Positions 59,041 through 64,000 of a stretch of 64,000 nucleotides of DNA are shown here, piece by piece. The stretch spans positions 104,739 through 168,738 of the forward strand of contig NZCK01000007.1 of assembly GCA_002688265.1 (NCBI GenBank). The letters run 5' to 3'. This DNA comes from an archaeon. Lineage in GTDB: Archaea > Nanobdellota > Nanobdellia > Woesearchaeales > GW2011-AR9. Each line of letters starts with the position of its first letter. Within the stretch, counting starts at the first letter, position 1. The translations under genes were made by a program, and so were the position numbers. The notes beneath the pieces were generated by a model, which saw nothing but the letters and a program-made list of their open reading frames with translations, had not been told where the DNA came from and searched no databases.

Positions 59041-59115
59041 TCTTTTTTATAAATTTATTGCTACTTTTTAGTGATACATCTAGTTTATCTACCTGTTTGT
59101 CCAAGTGAAAATAAA

Positions 59116-60609
59116 ATGAAACGAGATAAAAAACTGTTTTTGAGAGAAAAAGATTTTCTATGTGCGGCTGTGAAATATCGACAACGATTTGATGCCTGCC
59201 CACACTTTATGTGGTTTCTAGGAAAAGCACATTGTTCTTTGATCTTTAAAACAAAATTTCCGTTTGGCCAACACGTTGCAGCTGCAAGATTCTCAAAAGA
59301 CAAAGCAGATTGGTACCACATTGAATCAGAATTAAAAAATTCTGCTGATGCTTTAATCCTGTCAGCAAAAAAGACTTCTGATATTGCAGAAGATATGGTT
59401 AAAAAATTTAAAAAATATGAGAAATCATTTTATTCATTGTGTCAAGAAATTGATGCAATCTCTATCTCTGATTTTAGTCTTGATGAACTGTCTTTATTGT
59501 ATAAGCGATTTGCAGAAGCATACACAAAAAAATTAATTAGTTCTGGACCAATTGATAGTTTCGCACTTTCAACCGATAGATTGATCGCTGATATGATTCA
59601 CAAGGAACTTGCTAATTCGAGAAGTAACCTTAGTTTTGCTGAAGTATTTGAAGCGCTTACTGCTCCAACATTCCTTTCATTCTTACAAGAAGAAGAATTA
59701 ATGTTTGTTAGAATGATGCAACAGATCAAAGATAATCCAGAACTTCGGGAAACATTGTTTAAACAACACCAAGAAAAATATTTTTGGATTCACAATAACT
59801 ATGTTTCAGATGCCATTCTTTCACTAGAGCATTTTGAAGATAAGTATGCGCTTTTTGCAGAAGTTGATTTACCAGCACGAGAACAAGAGTTACAAACTAT
59901 TTCCAAAAGAAATCTGAAAAACAAGGGAAAATTGATTGAAAAATTACAACTTTCTAAAAGACTACAACAATTACTACAAATAACTGATGTTTTTAGTTAT
60001 TGGCAAGATGAACGTAAAAAAGGAACTTTCTTTGCAACACACTACTTAAGTCTGATACTTGAAGCAATTGTGATACAAACCAAATACAACTTTAGACAAT
60101 TACTTTATACTATGCCAGATGAAATCTCACAAATTTTTGATGAATCACTTCCAACAGAAGAGTTAGATGTGCGTTATAAAGATTGCTTGTTAATCTGGAG
60201 AGACTCAACATGGGACATAATAACCAACAGTGTAGAAATCGAAAAAATAATCTTAGATGATACACAAATTGAAGAAGAGCATGAACTAAGAGGAATAGGG
60301 GTTTCGCTTGGAACTGCAACTGGAGTTGTACGAGTGCTCAAAAGTGTTCAAGAACTTTCCAAAGTTAAGAAAGGAGATATTATTGTTGCTGTAATGACCA
60401 GACCAGATTATGTTCCTGCAATGGAAAAAGCAGCCGCCTTCATAACAGATGAAGGAGGACTTACTTGTCATGCAGCAGTTGTTGCAAGAGAATTTGATGT
60501 GCCTTGTATTGTTGGATGCAGAACTGCAAGTAAAATTTTCAAAGATGGCGATATTGTTAAAGTTGATGCAAATCATGGGTGGGTTCGAAAAGTTGAATTC
60601 CTAGAATAA
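59116..60609 (+). CDS. PEP-utilising enzyme mobile (phospho-His) domain protein
   Basis: C-terminal GDIIVAVMTRPD...AAAFITDEGGLTCHAAVVARE; helical N-terminal region, no ATP-grasp evident. Confidence 0.85.
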   Translation: MKRDKKLFLREKDFLCAAVKYRQRFDACPHFMWFLGKAHCSLIFKTKFPFGQHVAAARFSKDKADWYHIESELKNSADALILSAKKTSDIAEDMVKKFKKYEKSFYSLCQEIDAISISDFSLDELSLLYKRFAEAYTKKLISSGPIDSFALSTDRLIADMIHKELANSRSNLSFAEVFEALTAPTFLSFLQEEELMFVRMMQQIKDNPELRETLFKQHQEKYFWIHNNYVSDAILSLEHFEDKYALFAEVDLPAREQELQTISKRNLKNKGKLIEKLQLSKRLQQLLQITDVFSYWQDERKKGTFFATHYLSLILEAIVIQTKYNFRQLLYTMPDEISQIFDESLPTEELDVRYKDCLLIWRDSTWDIITNSVEIEKIILDDTQIEEEHELRGIGVSLGTATGVVRVLKSVQELSKVKKGDIIVAVMTRPDYVPAMEKAAAFITDEGGLTCHAAVVAREFDVPCIVGCRTASKIFKDGDIVKVDANHGWVRKVEFLE

Positions 60610-60732
60610 TCAGATTATTCTTGTGAAAAAATAATGAGTGTGTTTCAAAGATTAGCGTGAGCTTTTTTTGAAACCAAAGACAAGTGAAGTAGTTGAATGT
60701 AGCGTTAGCATTAGCGTTTTAAAAATAGAAAA

Positions 60733-62169
60733 ATGATTCCAAAAAAACTAAAGGAAAAAAAAGTATTAATTCGTCGCCCACCATATGTACATAGAGGCCC
60801 TTTTAGGCAGAGGAATCAATTAATTTGGCCTTCTGTTGCAAGCAACTTAGCTGCAAGATTAGAACTCTCAGGAGTTAATACTTCATTTAGTGATGGAAAT
60901 CTTTATCCACAATTACGAAGAACTGAACTTGGACAAAAACAGTTAATGTACACATTAATTGGTTACCCTTATGTTGACGTTGTTCGAGAAGAACTACAAC
61001 TCTTACGGCAGACAGGTTATTCTGAACCAGTATTCATTGGAGGACAAGGAATTTCTAAATTAAAAAAAGAACATCAAAATTTATTGTTTTCAAACTTGGG
61101 TCCAATTATTTTTTTAGATTCGCTTGAGGACCTAATTGATCCCCCAATCCCAGATAAATTTTCAGTAGATGTTGTTCCATGGATTAAAAGAAATTTATCA
61201 ACTGCAGAGATTAGCCAATATTTAGGATACTCTTCATTAGATTCTGTTCATCCTTTTAACTTTCCATTATTTATTGCAGATGGATGCCCACAGAGATGTG
61301 ATTTCTGTTCTGCTAACAAAGGAATGGCGCAACAATGGAGAAATGAAGAAGCTTTAAGATCAGAAGTTGAATATATTAGTGAACAAACTTCTGTCCGCCA
61401 GATGCCTGGGTTGGAAGTGTACCTATCAACACTAGATGGATTTTTGCCGGGAAGACAAGACGGAAAAATAAAATATATCCATGATATTTTAGAAGAGATT
61501 AGAGACTCAAAACAACCTGAAGAAGTGGATTTTCAAATGCAAATGTTAGCTTCAACCCACATGGCTGCTCGTTATGTGAAAAACTTTGGACTTGAAAAAA
61601 TCAGAAGTCTAAAACACCTAGGTCTTCAACTAGTCGGCTTTGGTGTGGATGGAGGAAGTGAAGAAACATGGGAAGGAATTACAAAAAAACAAACTAAAGA
61701 TGATGTTTATCGAGCTTTTGATGCTTTAACTTCTTGTGGAATAAACACCCAGGCACTAATTGTTATGGGTTTTCCTCCAAAAAATTTAGGTGAAGGAAAA
61801 ATAAAGTATCTATATCGGCATTGGAAAAAGCAAGAATCAGACATTGCAATTGCTGACGATCTGATTCGCCGTTTTGGAAAAGATACAGTTGAAGTTCGCC
61901 TGTATAGGGCAACTGATCTTAAAGAAGGTGCAGTAATGGGATACTCTTCTGCTGCACAGGACTTTACTACCTTAAGAGTCTCATTCCAAAGCGAAAGATT
62001 AGAAGGAATGATCTCAAGTGTAGTTTTTTTGCGTGGACACTTAAAACACTTAATTCAAGGAACTAGTGCAGCCCTTCCTAGTTTGCCTCTTCTTTCAGGT
62101 GGTAGAATTGTGAAGGCGTATTCTCTTGTTGCAGAAACATATAATGCTTCAATTCCAGTAGATCAATGA
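60733..62169 (+). CDS. Radical SAM protein (B12-binding class-like architecture)
   Basis: GCPQRCDFC, upstream FIGG, VGFGVD, VMGFP. Confidence 0.8.
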   Translation: MIPKKLKEKKVLIRRPPYVHRGPFRQRNQLIWPSVASNLAARLELSGVNTSFSDGNLYPQLRRTELGQKQLMYTLIGYPYVDVVREELQLLRQTGYSEPVFIGGQGISKLKKEHQNLLFSNLGPIIFLDSLEDLIDPPIPDKFSVDVVPWIKRNLSTAEISQYLGYSSLDSVHPFNFPLFIADGCPQRCDFCSANKGMAQQWRNEEALRSEVEYISEQTSVRQMPGLEVYLSTLDGFLPGRQDGKIKYIHDILEEIRDSKQPEEVDFQMQMLASTHMAARYVKNFGLEKIRSLKHLGLQLVGFGVDGGSEETWEGITKKQTKDDVYRAFDALTSCGINTQALIVMGFPPKNLGEGKIKYLYRHWKKQESDIAIADDLIRRFGKDTVEVRLYRATDLKEGAVMGYSSAAQDFTTLRVSFQSERLEGMISSVVFLRGHLKHLIQGTSAALPSLPLLSGGRIVKAYSLVAETYNASIPVDQ

Positions 62170-62182
62170 GTTAAAGTAAAGA

Positions 62183-64000
62183 TCACTTCTCAATCAAAAC
62201 CTTCAACCCAGAACTCTCAGTTTCAACTGCGTCTTTTGAACCAACTGCATCTATAAACTTAAACTCTTTCACATGCAAAACTGCTTTAAGATCATCCAAA
62301 CAACCTTGCAAAGACTCTTGATACTTAGATTCAAGAGTTATTGAAGCTAACTCTTCTTTTAGTGAAAGCTTATTGCTACTTTTGAACTTCCTTGTTGCAT
62401 TAATAATATCTATTGCTAAATCACCGGCTTCTTCGCACCCAGGATCTATGTCTTCTAAAGTAATCTGTGGCCAATCAGTTATATGAACTGATTTGTGACC
62501 CTCTTGCTCTCTGAAAAATAATTGATAAATTTCTTCAGTAATAAAAGGAGTAATCGGAGCCATCATTCTAAGAACAGCATACAAAGATTCTCTTAGAGCC
62601 ATTTGAGCGCTGCGTCTTTCATTATCTCCTCTCTCTTCTGGTTTGTAGAGCCGATCTTTTACAATTTCTAAATACTGATCACAAAAGTTTTGCCAAAAGA
62701 ATTTCTCCACAGCAGCTTTAGCTTTAGCATACCCATAGTTATCAAAATGTTTGGTTGCTTCATCTATTGTTTTTTGAAGTTTTGTTAGAAGCCAATGATC
62801 AAACACTTCAGTTACTTTATTGTCTTTTGCCTCTACCTCAAAATCTTCTAAATGTATACAAGAAAACTTAGCTGCATTCCACAACTTGTTAACAAACTTC
62901 TGACCCGTTTTTACATCTTTTTCCTGGTAAGGTAAATCTTCTCCAAGTTTACTAGTTGCAGCCCAATACCGAATAGCATCTGAGCTGTATTTCTCTACAA
63001 CATCTTGTGGGGCAATTACATTACCTTTAGACTTAGACATCTTATTACCCTTAGGATCCAAAACAAAACCAGAGACAGTTACATCTTTCCAAGGGTTAGT
63101 CCCGTCGTGAAGAAGTCTGGTTTTAGCCATTGTGTAGAACAACCAAAAGTTAATGATGTCATGAGATTGAGGCCGAAGAGCCATTGGGAATAATTCTCCT
63201 TTACTATGCGCCTTAGTTCCTTCTAAAAGATTGATCGCTAAAAAAGGTGTTGATGCACTAGTAAACCAAGTGTCAAGTACATCCAATTCTGGAGTTAGCT
63301 CAAGGTCTTTCGGTGCGCTTAGTGGCCGATCTTTAGTTGGATCAACAGGTAATTGAGATTCATCTGGATAATATATCTTACCGTCTTTGTCATACCAAAC
63401 AGGAATTGGAATACCATAATGACGTTGCCTGCTAAAACCCCAGTCCCAATTCAAACCCTTAATCCAATTATCTAAACGGTGTTTCATATGCTCAGGGAAC
63501 CAATTCAATTCCTCGCTGGCTTTAAGGAACTCTTCCTTTCTATCTAAATATTTAATGTACCATTGCTTGGAAACAATAATCTCAACATCAGCACCTGAAC
63601 GCTCACCCACATTTACAATCTGTTCTTTCTTTTCTGTTTTGATAATGTGACCTTTGTCAATTAGATCTTTTGCAATTTTCTTTCTAGCTTCTTCTGCTAA
63701 CATTCCTTGATATTCTTCTGCTTTCTTGTTAAGCCTACCATCTTTCTCAACCAAATCAACAGGTTCAGCCTTGTGTCTCTTGATCCATTCAATATCTTCA
63801 AGTCCACCGTAACTACAAAAATAAGCTATTCCAGTTCCAAGGTCAGCTTCAACTGCTTCATCATGAGTTATTTCTACAGTTTTGTTTACAAAAGGAATTG
63901 TTGCGTGTTTTTTGATTAAATCAGACCCTTTGATTTCACCAAGTAGTTTATGTTCTGTGTCAGAGAATTTTTCTTCGAAAGTGGCTTTCCCTGTTACCCA
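62183..64000 (-). CDS. valS: Valyl-tRNA synthetase, 5' end outside the window
   Basis: Frame open to 64000; GTG, WDW.FSRQR.YG.PIPVW, DVLDTW, PQ.HDII..W, KMSKSKGN. Confidence 0.95.
   Translation of the reverse strand, partial: WVTGKATFEEKFSDTEHKLLGEIKGSDLIKKHATIPFVNKTVEITHDEAVEADLGTGIAYFCSYGGLEDIEWIKRHKAEPVDLVEKDGRLNKKAEEYQGMLAEEARKKIAKDLIDKGHIIKTEKKEQIVNVGERSGADVEIIVSKQWYIKYLDRKEEFLKASEELNWFPEHMKHRLDNWIKGLNWDWGFSRQRHYGIPIPVWYDKDGKIYYPDESQLPVDPTKDRPLSAPKDLELTPELDVLDTWFTSASTPFLAINLLEGTKAHSKGELFPMALRPQSHDIINFWLFYTMAKTRLLHDGTNPWKDVTVSGFVLDPKGNKMSKSKGNVIAPQDVVEKYSSDAIRYWAATSKLGEDLPYQEKDVKTGQKFVNKLWNAAKFSCIHLEDFEVEAKDNKVTEVFDHWLLTKLQKTIDEATKHFDNYGYAKAKAAVEKFFWQNFCDQYLEIVKDRLYKPEERGDNERRSAQMALRESLYAVLRMMAPITPFITEEIYQLFFREQEGHKSVHITDWPQITLEDIDPGCEEAGDLAIDIINATRKFKSSNKLSLKEELASITLESKYQESLQGCLDDLKAVLHVKEFKFIDAVGSKDAVETESSGLKVLIEK

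Noticed and set aside
62183..63754. Truncated ValRS
   Set aside because: The frame stays open to the window edge; truncation is a window artefact

Overview
AT-rich, gene-dense archaeal chromosome segment. The gene set (aEF-2, L7Ae/S28e/L24e, exosome-proteasome cluster, aCPSF1, PolB, AMP phosphorylase, class II LysRS, many orphan ORFs) points by inference to a DPANN archaeon, most like Woesearchaeales. It holds about 60 CDSs and two tRNAs (Ile-GAU with a 42-nt intron, an atypical Ala-GGC). I found no rRNA, CRISPR array or transposase. The most unusual signals are non-coding. (1) Seven GC-rich, 105-225 bp fold-back elements lie in intergenic gaps, six between co-oriented genes and one in the rpl7ae leader; several share a junction motif and an orientation tied to transcription, and one is duplicated at 105/107 identity directly against the Shine-Dalgarno of ndk and rpl7ae. 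(2) A kink-turn candidate lies in the rpl7ae leader. (3) A TACT-N4-AGT[AG] palindrome sits exactly 17 bp upstream of three TATA boxes. Coding oddities include a Rad50-like gene broken by one in-frame TAG, a bacterial-type RNase HIII beside RNase HII, a CC1/Pae3192-like chromatin protein, two stand-alone phospho-His swivel-domain proteins, and a convergent GNAT toxin/antitoxin-like pair. All calls come from motif recognition by eye; no searches were run.
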